Shown here in pieces: positions 36,398 to 49,726 of a DNA stretch of 64,000 nucleotides. The stretch lies in the NCBI GenBank assembly GCA_965153285.1, contig OZ229110.1. One strand, given 5' to 3'. Below the pieces are notes generated by a model. That model made no database searches, was not told the origin of the DNA, and saw only the letters and a program-made list of their open reading frames with translations. The first letter of the stretch is position 1. Each line of letters starts with the position of its first letter. A program made the position numbers and the translations under genes. Origin of the DNA: Podarcis tiliguerta (taxonomy: Eukaryota).

Positions 36398-36597
36398 NNN
36401 NNNNNNNNNNNNNNNNNNNNNNNNNNNNNNNNNNNNNNNNNNNNNNNNNNNNNNNNNNNNNNNNNNNNNNNNNNNNNNNNNNNNNNNNNNNNNNNNNNNN
36501 NNNNNNNNNNNNNNNNNNNNNNNNNNNNNNNNNNNNNNNNNNNNNNNNNNNNNNNNNNNNNNNNNNNNNNNNNNNNNNNNNNNNNNNNNNNNNNNNN
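36398..36597. other. Assembly gap (200 N), probably hiding RPL37A exon 1
   Basis: N run; RPL37A exon 2 begins at codon 2 and no convincing ATG|GT exon is visible outside the gap. Confidence 0.9.
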
Positions 36598-37562
36598 TGC
36601 AATGCATGCTCAGGTATTAAAAATGAGTATAGCACAGGGATCGGCAGCCCTCTGCTGCCTGGTTACCTGCAAGAAAAGCTTAGCCAGTTCTTAAGTTAGG
36701 TCGGCTGAGCCTTTGCCATCATCCTTGGTTACTGCTCCTTTCCTTCATTTTGTCCGCATTCTTGCTTTTCCCCCTTCCAAGATCAAAGGTGCTCAGATCT
36801 CCTGGACTGTTTCAGTGAGATGAAATTGTATTGTTCCTAGGAATAATTAGAACAGGGTTTATCCTCTTAAGCATGTGTTTGAAATGCTTTGGCAAAAAAA
36901 GGCTGCCAAGACCTTGTGGGTCTCGCCAGCCTCTGATCCTAGATCCGGAATTAAAAGGCTAAAGGCCTTTCCATCAGAACCTTTGGAAGAGGAAAGGGTC
37001 TGTAATTTGCATTGGGTGGGTTGAGCATATCTCTTAGGCAGGTGATGGGAATCTGGCCCTCTGTTGGGCCCTTATAGGCCACAGCCAGCATTGCCAGTGG
37101 TTAGGGGTGCTGGGAATGGTTGCCCAGCATCACCTGGAGGGCCCAAGTTTCCCTGTTCGTGCTCTAGGGTAATTGATTGTGGGAGCTTGCCTGAACAGGG
37201 GGATAATGTTTTGTGTCATTTGTACTAAAAGGGCCGGTATGAAAGTTCTGTTTGTGGTGTCACACATAGCATGTTGTTTTAACTTTATCTGGGGAGGCCT
37301 CAGGCTGTAAAGCTGGAGGGTTGAGGGCTCTGCCTACTACTATCTGTCAGCAGTTGTTGTGAGAATCAAATAAGAAAACCTCATCCTCATAAGTTCTTGA
37401 AAAAAAGAGCAGAATATAAATGTGGTTGGCAAGGGAGCTGCCCTCTCATTCTATGACAAAAAAATAATTAAAAAGAAGCATTTACTTTGCAGAAAACACC
37501 CTCCCCATCCCCTGTTATTTTATTTTGCAGTTTATTTTATTTTGCAGTTACCTTTGTAGAAC

Positions 37563-37674
37563 ATAGATACTGAACTGGCATAGTGACCAGGATACATAAT
37601 CCTAAATGTGTGGGTTCCATCCCCATCACATTTAGGATTATGTATCCTGGTCACTATGTCAGTTCAGTATCTAT
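37563..37674. repeat. 48-bp inverted repeat (hairpin) in RPL37A intron 1
   Basis: Arms 37563-37610 and 37627-37674, 47/48 Watson-Crick plus one G-T pair; 16-nt spacer. Confidence 0.95.
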
Positions 37675-37870
37675 TACAAGTTGTTAGTCATTACTACACT
37701 GGAAATAAATGGTTTTAACTTGGAATTTGGGTTTTTCTGAGATCACCATGTCTTCTGAGTAAACATGCCTTGAGTCAGGCTGTTAATTGTTGTAAGTGTG
37801 GGTATAGTTGCAAATAACTTTGCCAGAAATGAAAATTTAATGTGCTTCTTTCCCCCCCTAATGGTAATAG

Positions 37871-40973
<3,103 letters not shown>

Positions 40974-41029
40974 AAGCATATTTTTGTTCCACTGTTGCTC
41001 TTCCTCTACAGTTCATGTCCTTATTGTCA

Positions 41030-41247
41030 ATTAAAGGTGGTTGTGAACATTGAACCCTGTTGGGTATTTTGTGCAAGAACAGTCCTATAGGCAGTGTACC
41101 TTTTTGATCTTGCTTTTTCCCTTTCTGCACAAAATATCAGTTGGTTTATGTAAGAGTAGCAATAATGTGCTATACATGTGGATTCCAAATGAGGTCAATT
41201 TAAAATAGAATGTAGACATATTGGCCAAGCACTAACATCTCAATAAA
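41030..41247 (+). terminator. RPL37A candidate polyA signals (proximal ATTAAA 41030, distal AATAAA 41242)
   Basis: Hexamers about 56 and 268 nt after the stop; GT-rich sequence follows the proximal one. Confidence 0.6.
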
Positions 41248-42919
41248 AGTATAATGGAACAAATTAAAGCATGCAAAATGAAGTGCTTGTAAGTCATGCT
41301 GATTTTGGTAGGAGAGTTAAGCACATAATCACTCAGTTTGAAATTGATCCCGCTTAACTGATATTTTTGCCAGCATGTGATCTCTATCTGTCTGTAAATC
41401 TTTAACCAAAAGTTACTCTTCCAAATCTAAATGGAGCTAAGGTACAGAACAGAAAATGCTATTAAGGCCTCATGAATACTTGTAGAATTCTATTTCTGGA
41501 AAACGGAGCGATCCTAATTGGAAGGAAGGGGAGCAGCAGATTCCCTCCTGAGTGGGGCAGTGAATGGGTGGATGGTTTTGTTCCACCAGCTCCAGGCTGC
41601 CATGGCATCAGGGCAAAAATCAGCTGTCTCCAAGAGTTGGGCTGCCATCAGTGGATCTTGCACCAGCATTGCTCTGTTCCATGTGCCACCCAAAATAGCT
41701 TTGCCAGAGGTAATGTGTCCTCACTGTACCTGGTGGGGACAACAGGCCCTCCACACTGGTAGAGGGGCACTTTTGCCAAATCCTGATCCCTAGCAGGTGT
41801 GCAAAAATTGGGACTGAGGATTACTCTGCCCTACATTTTCCACATTTTTCTAATGGGATGCTAGTATTTTGCCAGTGCAGTGAGTGAGACACTTTCCACA
41901 CAGATAACTGGCTGAGTTCAAAGCATTTGGGAATCATATTTTTGTAGAGTTGAATGGGACCCAAGGGCTGTCCAACCCCATACAATGCAGAAATCTCGGC
42001 TAAACATAGTTGCCGTATTTAAACTTTAACTTGGAACATAACAAAAACTCATAAAATCAGCACCATATACATCCAACAATTTTTTTTGTCTGAAATATTT
42101 TTTTTAAAAAATTGATTATTCATTTTTTTAAAAAATCTGATGTGTTCTTTTCTCTTGAATCTCAAGATACTGAGCACATCTCCTAAACAATGTTGTTTAG
42201 AAGGTAGTTTTATCAGTTAGCAATTTCCTTTCTTTTAGAAATAAGTAAGATGGAAAGCCTCAATGCAGTAGCGGATATTTTCCAGCAAAGGAACTTTCTA
42301 GCTGTGGTGGATCTCATGGAGGCTTAGTCTTTTTTTTTTACTGAAGCTGCTGATAATTCAAGTGGGCTCTGCTCGGAGAGTTCCTGCAATAGCGGATTGC
42401 CTCACCTGCAGGCATTAACCTATATTTGCCTTACCACCGCAATTCTTTCAAGAGGGACTGGAGAGAAGGAGGTACTTGTGGTTTCCCTGCAAAGTGGTAA
42501 GATGTGTCAGTTCCCATGTCCATTGTACAGGGAAAAGTAAAGTCTTCCACTGATTGCAAATCAGTGAATCTTACACACTTAATGCAGAATTAAGAGTGGC
42601 ATAACCTCTGGACCAGATTTCACTCTTAATTGGTTGTAAAATCCACAATAGTGTTTTTAGACACACATTGTGAGCAGATATGGTCATCTGGGCAAACATC
42701 TGTCTTCAGCCATCTTAAAGGTGAGCAGGGTTTTTTCTCCAGGTTCTGTTTCAAAGGGTGCACACGTCTGGCCAAGGGGGATGTGTACATATTTCTATGC
42801 ATAGGGTTACTGGGTATGTGCAGAGATGGAAGTACTGTTTCTTACTATCTTCTAGCTGTATAGGGTCTGGTTTGCCAACCTGATCGTTACAGTTCAGGAG
42901 TGTCCATGGGCCTTTCCAG

Positions 42920-43173
42920 TACAGTCATACCTCATGTTGCGTCCGCTTCAGGTTGCGTGTTTTCATCTTGCGTCCTGCGGCATCCCGGAAGTACTGGAAC
43001 GGGTTCCGGGTTTCGCCGCTTGCGCATATGCAGAAGCACTAAATCACGCTTCGTGCATGCACAGAAGTACTAAATTGCGCCATGCGCAGATGCAGCACTT
43101 CTGAATGCGAACACTTTGAATTGCGGACGTGCCTCTGGGACGGATTATGTCCACAACACGAGGTTCCACTATG
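42920..43173. mobile_element. Tc1/mariner MITE
   Basis: TA-CAGTCATACCTC...GAGGTTCCACT; related to 46125-46365. Confidence 0.8.
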
Positions 43174-43571
43174 CACAGCTCTCACGCAGGGTCATGGTCT
43201 TGTAATTGTGGCTTCACATCTGGCAGAGGAGCATAGTATTGTTATGGGAGGATAGAAATTGCCATCTTGCCTCTTGTAGATCTTGCATGTGCATATATGA
43301 GGGAACCCGGAAGGTGATGTGGTGCAAGAGGAAGGTGAAAATTTCTTACATGCACACGTTAAGGGGATATCAGAGCCTGAAACCTAGTACCTTAAAGAGG
43401 CAAGTGGCTGTTCTCCCATTCAAGTCATGGAACAAAAGGGTCCAAGCCCTCATATTGAAATTATCAGGAGCCATTCTTTTGATAACTCCCACAGTGCATA
43501 AATGTTTTCAGCTGGGACCAGCACAGATGGAAGACACCAAATCACCCCTCAAGCCCATACAAATTATAGCC

Positions 43572-43826
43572 CAGGGGTCGGCACCTTTTTCAGCCGCGGG
43601 CAAGTCCACCGTCCCTCAGAGCATGTTGTGGGCCGGACTATCTATCTATCTATCTATCTATTTGGGGGGGGGGGATGAACGAATTCCATAAATAACCCAG
43701 AGATGCATTTTAAATAAACACACATCCTACTCATGTAAAAACACGCTGATTCCCAGACCATCCACAGGCTGGATTGAGAAGGCGATTGGGCCGCATCCAG
43801 CCCACGGGCCTTAGGTTGCCTACCCG
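43572..43826. mobile_element. hAT MITE
   Basis: CAGGGGTCGGCA...TTGCCTACCCG ends; perfect TSD TTATAGCC. Confidence 0.85.
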
Positions 43827-44089
43827 TTATAGCCTGAAGGATCAGGGCTGGGAACTGCTTTTCTTCGTGGCTGTTACTGCAGTTTGAAGGATTTCTGAGT
43901 CCTCGACAGGGCTACTGTAGCCTCCTTAGCAGATGTTTTCACATACTTAAACACCCACAACACCAAGCCTTCAAGGTAGTGATATGAATATTTTTTGCAT
44001 TGAAGATTAGATTGAGGCAGTGATTTAAAAACTATGAGCAAGCCAGGTAGAAGATAGTAGCCTCACTAACATCCCAACACGAGACATTT

Positions 44090-45018
44090 CTGGAGGCCAC
44101 TGACGAAGAATTGATACCAGAAGGCAAACATGACATTACTAGGCACCTGCATAATTTAGGACTAGCTTCAGAGATGACTTCCCTGCACCAAATCCTGAAA
44201 ACTCATGGATAAGGAATCCTTTTGAATGTGGTGATATACAACTAACAGCTCTCTTCTACATAAAAGCAAGATGCACTTCTTGACATGACTTGTGATGGTT
44301 CATTGAAATCATTCAAAGAATGTAGACTGGACCAATTCTGGGCGAAAGTTTTTGCTGATTATAAGAAGTTAGCTGAACACCTAGCTTCGAAACATCTAGT
44401 TCCCTTTTGTTCCACATATCTTTGTGAACAAACATTTTCAACATTTTGTTATATGAAGAACAAGCATAGAAACTGGCCTGATGTTGAATCAGATTTGAGA
44501 ATAAAAGTAGGAAATATTGAACCGGATGTGGAAGAGATTGTTCGAGACAAAAAGAAGCATGATTTCTCCCATCACATTTAGGTTTAGTGTGTTTTGAACA
44601 TTTTGTTGGGAGCTGTCCAGAGTGGCTTGGGCAACCCAGACAGATGTGTGGCTGGTAAGTATGTAAGTAAGTAAGTAAGTAAGTAAGTACCATCATCATC
44701 AACATCATTATTTAGTAGCTGATAGACATATCCTAATTTGTTCACTTGTACTATTCATTAATAACATTAAATATGTCTGTCTCCCAAATGAATTAACTGT
44801 GATTTTTGCACGGCAATATAATGAATTTTATGGTCTGTTTTTTTTTTAGTATACCTAAAAGCCATTGCTTATTATGGGCTACCCCACATTTTCTTCAAAA
44901 AATAGGTTTGCACAGGCAACTACTATAGAGTTATCAAAATTTCCAAGAGTAGGGGGTCTGTGGTTTGGTTTTTGAAAAAAGAGGGGGTCCTCAGTAATTA
45001 GCTAATTGGGAACTACGG
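44090..45018 (+). mobile_element. Fossil hAT (Charlie/Buster-type) transposon 3' part with transposase dimerisation domain
   Basis: WIRNPF, then FW...LVPFCSTYLCEQTFS...KNKHRN...DLRI; frameshifted; terminal TTGGGAACTACGG followed by CTCTACAG. Confidence 0.8.
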
Positions 45019-46124
45019 CTCTACAGTACAGGGTGAGATGGGGTTATACTTGAGATTTGTCCTAGATTGGAGCCAACTTTGTCATTTCTTCTGATCTCTT
45101 CCATTACATGGTTATTTTTCTGTTTATTGTGCTGCAAGGTGGTAGGGCTTTTTTTTGTTTTTGTTTCGTTAGCTATAGTGCACTTTGGAACAGAAACAGA
45201 ATCTGACTGATCCTGCCCAGAGGAGCAAGTGGGAGGAGCAACACATCCAGGACTCCCCTCCATACTCTGCAGAAAAGAAACTCTGTGGTTAAATCCAACA
45301 TTGTATTCAACCACAAGAAAATATTTGCATAAAACGGTGAGGGCATTTTGGCACAAGTAACATGTAGTCCTGCTCTGTCACTGACCACACAATAATGGTA
45401 TATCAATAATAAGTTTGTAAGAGCTAAATTAAAAGCATGCATGAGGAATGTTGCATTTATAAGGGAAATAAACACATCTCTTCTCTGCCGGGTTGCTGTG
45501 ATATTTGAGCTTCAGTTTTACAAATGGCCTCATGTGGGAGCTGCAGTTCCACTAGTTCCATTTCCCTCCTGGCCTCTGTTATATTTGATCTTGCCTTTTC
45601 ATTTTATAAATGAGCTGAGACAACTTTATTCAAGAGCACGCAACTCCTTCTGTAGTTACCTAGTTGTCCTTAGCCCCCAGCTTCTTGGAAAGATGCTGAA
45701 AGAGGCTCAAGACATATTTGGCCTGGGTGTTTTTTTTTAGTGTGTGCATGGCTTCACCAGACAAAAGAGGCTATTTCTATTTTGGCAGTGGAATTTTAGC
45801 TTGAAGTTCTATCAATCCCCTTCATTTTATTTACCTTGCCAAATTTTTGTGATGCACTTTTAAAAGTATGTGTCAAGATGTGTCTGGTCTTTTCTGGACA
45901 GATGATGCTAAATTTGTAGAGCTATCCACTGTTTTTCAAGGGAGATTTACCTTACCAAGACTGTCCCTGACAGTCCTACCAATTAGAAAAGTGTTTGCAC
46001 CTGGGAGCAAAGTGACACACTCCTGTTGCGTGGATGCTAACTCATACAGATCACACAAAAAGCTGGTCATGAACAATAATGCCCCTTACTGAGCAGACAG
46101 ATAGGATCAACAGCTGAAGATGTG

Positions 46125-46365
46125 TACAGTCATACCTCAGGTTAAAGTTGCTTCAGGTTGAGCATTTTCGGATTGCGCTCCTGGAAGTAACGGAATGTGT
46201 TACTTCCGGGTTTCGCCGCTTGCGCATGTGCAGACGCCCGAAATGATGTCATGCACATGCGCGGAAGGGGCAAATTGTGACTCGCGCAGACACGGGTTGC
46301 GTTTGCTTCAGGATGCGAACGGAGCTCCGGAATGCATCCCGTTCGCATCCAGAGGTACCACTGTA
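46125..46365. mobile_element. Tc1/mariner MITE
   Basis: TA-CAGTCATACCTC...GAGGTACCACTG-TA. Confidence 0.85.
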
Positions 46366-46396
46366 GTGATGCCTAATGAGAGCAGTGTTTGTAATT

Positions 46397-46633
46397 TACA
46401 GGGGTACCTTGGTTCTCAAACGTCTTGGTACTCAAACAACTTGGAACCCAAATATTGCAAACCCTGAAGTGTTCTGGTTTGTGAAATTTTTTGGGAAGCC
46501 GAACATGCTCTGTTTGGAGTGTCGCACTTCCGTTTTGAGTGTTACGCTGTTTTTGCTATTTATTTTGCATTTTTTTGTATTTGCGGCTCTTTCTGTTTCG
46601 TTTTTGTGACTGTGTGGAACCCAGTTCAGCTAC

Positions 46634-46670
<37 letters not shown>

Positions 46671-46882
46671 CTGTGACTGCAGTACATTGGTATTGCTTTC
46701 ATTTTATGGATCAATGGTCTCATTAGATAGTAAAATAAATGTAAAATTGCTGTTTTAGGGGTTGTTTTAAAAAGTCTGGAACGGATTAATCCATTTTGCA
46801 TTACTTTCTATCGGAAAGCGCACCTTGGTTTTGGAACGGACTTCCAGAATGGATTAAGTTTGAGAACCAAGGTACCATTGTA
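46397..46882. mobile_element. Tc1/mariner non-autonomous element containing (GATT)n
   Basis: TA-CAGGGGTACCTTGGTTCTCAAAC...GTTTGAGAACCAAGGTACCATTG-TA. Confidence 0.88.
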
Positions 46883-46986
46883 TCATTAAGCTGGCTTACC
46901 TGGTGAATGCTGATGTTCTCTCCTTGGGCCACACATGATACAATAAACTGCGGGACAACACATTTTTTGTTTGGCATCCCATTTAA

Positions 46987-47940
46987 TTTATTCCAACTTT
47001 CTCACAATTTAGCAATCAAAACAAAATAGAAAAAAAGCATTGTGATTTCTAAACAGGAGTACAAATTTCAGTTGTGAGCTGATGCTTGTGATGTTCAAAT
47101 TCCTCTTCAATGTGTATCAACCACAAAGAGCACCATCTGCCCCCTTACAATTACTAGGTGTACGGAATCTGGATGCCTCTCAGAGGGGGAAAACCCAACA
47201 AAAACAGAAACATACATTTATGCCCCCAGAACTTAGGAGGTGCTTTGATGTCCTCACTGATGCTGAATGCACCACAGTTCTAGGTTTGTACTTAAAAAGA
47301 ACCTAAAGGTAGCTAAAGGTAAGTTTGAGAGGCAGCTGATATTCCCCATCAAGGCACTAATACTAATGTTCGTGGGTGCTAAATAGATTGAAAATGGGAA
47401 GCAGTAATGAGATTCCTTTTTTCCCTTCTTGCTGTGTGGGGAATCCCAAAAACAATACCACTTTCTGTTTTATGAGCCTATGGGTTGGGGAAATGTCAGG
47501 CAAAATTGCCTGGTACTTAAAAAGGTAATCTCATCACCACATTAAGACTCTTCATTTCATCCATCCATCATTACAGCAGGCTAGAATGTGCCATATTTTT
47601 TATCCAAATGGTCTAATGGGATGGTCATTGAACAATGTCCACTCCTAAAAAGTCTCCAGTGTACTTGAGATCCATTTCCATCATAACCACTTGCATTGTT
47701 GCCCTTGTTCTGTACTTCCTCACAGAGCAGGCACCCTCATTCCACAAACACTTACCTAGCATTTTGCAACACCTTTGTTTTCTCTATCCTGCATAACCCA
47801 GCAAACTACTCAATGACTGCTCGCACTGTTTCGCATTAAAGATTTAAATTTCACCTCATTTCTTCCATCTAATCTCTGCCTTGGGGGGCGGGGGGCGGGA
47901 AAACCCAACTAAGAAAGTCAATCTCTATGAGTCATTTATT
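46987..47940 (-). terminator. Candidate IGFBP2 polyA signals (AATAAA on - strand at 47935-47940 and 46987-46992)
   Basis: tttatt on + strand, each followed on the - strand by T/GT-rich sequence. Confidence 0.4.
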
Positions 47941-49558
47941 TTAGGGTGGTGTGTGGTGGCGTTTTCACACTGTTCATTTACCACCTCATTTTCACAATGG
48001 AGGTGAGAGGGAATAATAAGAGTAGTTGAAATCACCTCCAATTACTAACCGCTGCATAATGGTTCAAGACACTTCTCTTCCAAGATGGCGGCTAGGACAA
48101 GGAAATTGCTCCACTTGTGAAAACGTGGTGGTAAAGTAAAGCACCTGCTGCACACTCATGATGTTTGCAGAAAAGGGGTGGAAACTATATTGCTTGGGTT
48201 TCCCCCCTCAAAACACTGTATTTCAAAAAAGAAAAGCACCCAACCTCCAATGATTATACTAAGTACATGAACCTAGCAGTTGTCCTGTAAATATAAATTG
48301 GTATATATAATAAAAGAAAATCTAATTGTTCATGCAGTTGCTAAATCAGTTTTCAGCATTTGCATGATCCACACAAAAGCCAAATCAAGAGTGTCTGAAA
48401 TAATATCAGAGAAGCACAATCTATTCTTGGGAACGGCATATTCAACACCACATCACCCCAGCTCCCAGATATTAATTATTATTCTGTACATGTGTATATA
48501 TGTATGTGTGTCCATCATCTTCTCAGTCTGCATTTCAGGGGGTTACCGCACACTGTATAAAGTGTTGTTTACATATTGCATTGCTCACCTGGGTCCCACG
48601 CAAAAGGAAGGAGGGACATTGGCAGCAGCTTAAAATATGGGTTTTAAATGGGTTTTTGCTTCTTAGGGGGTGGAAATAACAACAACTGAATTCTAAGCTT
48701 CTTCCCCCAATCCCTGACCCCTCTCTTCCCTGCTTTTGAGTTTAACTCTGATCTGAAAGAGTTGACTGCCTAGCATTGACATTTTCTGTGTATTAGTGTT
48801 TCTTAGGATGCATCAAGACTGAATGCAATACAAGGTCCTACCTAACAGAAAGAATAAGGCTCCCAGGGCAGGGAAAGAGGTTGAACTTCTATGTCAAGTG
48901 CAATGCCTTGTGGAAGAAATTAGTGTCAGGAAGTAGCTCCCTCCCACTCTATATGCTTTCTGTGTAGCAATTCCAACTGAGTATGTGCTGGACAAGGATT
49001 CTCTTTACCCGCTCAATATATGCTACAACCCACACAATAACAGGGGAACAGGTTGTCAGGGCTGTGTGTAGCAGGCAACATGCAGTATTTACAATCTTTG
49101 GTCTTTGGTGTGTGTGTATGGCGGGTGGGGGCTGGGGCAATTGTTCTCCCCTCCAGCATGATAACCCCCCCGGGTTCTTTGGAGAGGCCTGGGTAAGCAA
49201 TTCAACAGCCAAGAGGGAAGGTCAGCTCCCTTGTTTCTCCTGCTTGTTTGCTGCAAGGCTACAAGTGGTCTAATAATCGTGAAACCTCTTAGGCAAAAGA
49301 TTTTTTTAAAGGTTTAGAAACCAGTCCCCGCCCCCACCCCTGCCACCAAGCCCCTTTGCAATTCTCCCCCAAGGATTTAAAGGCAAGCAACTGGGAGGCA
49401 CACGAAGCCCACAAAATGTCGGGACCTTCTGGAATACAAGAAAAGAGAGAGAGAGATAAAAAATAAGATGCATCGAAACCCATGTAAAATCCAGCGCCGA
49501 GGCGAGAGGCCAAGCTGCCTGCCTGCCAGTGAGTGAGAAAGAGAGAGAACACGTCCAT

Positions 49559-49726
49559 CTATTGCACATGCAAAGCATGCGCTCCCCGGTCCTCTTGCTC
49601 ATGCACAGGGTAGAAGAGGTGGCACTCAGGATCTCCACGGACAGTGGGCGACCCCTGGATGATTTTCCCAGTGTTAGGGTTAACGCACCAGCATTCTCCT
49701 CGCTGGCCATTCACCGACATCTTGCA
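49559..49726 (-). CDS. IGFBP2: IGFBP2 exon 4 (coding part)
   Basis: ctttag|TGC; [55 protein letters not shown]. Confidence 0.97.
   Translation of the reverse strand, partial: CKMSVNGQRGECWCVNPNTGKIIQGSPTVRGDPECHLFYPVHEQEDRGAHALHVQ

Noticed and set aside
36194-36694. ORFs spanning the N run
   Set aside because: Artefacts of translating Ns.
37861-37870. ATG-GTAATAG directly before RPL37A exon 2, looking like ATG plus a GT-AG micro-intron
   Set aside because: Seven nt is far too short for a spliceosomal intron, and unspliced the ATG is out of frame; coincidence within the acceptor region.
44285-44581. 98-aa ORF similar to domesticated ZBED/SCAND3/FAM200-type genes
   Set aside because: Frameshifted upstream, 5'-truncated and followed by a transposon terminus; a fossil rather than a host gene.
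41250-49500. Searched by eye for IGFBP5 exons between RPL37A and IGFBP2
   Set aside because: No IGFBP-like translation seen; only transposons and UTR-like sequence. A very degenerate remnant cannot be excluded without alignment.
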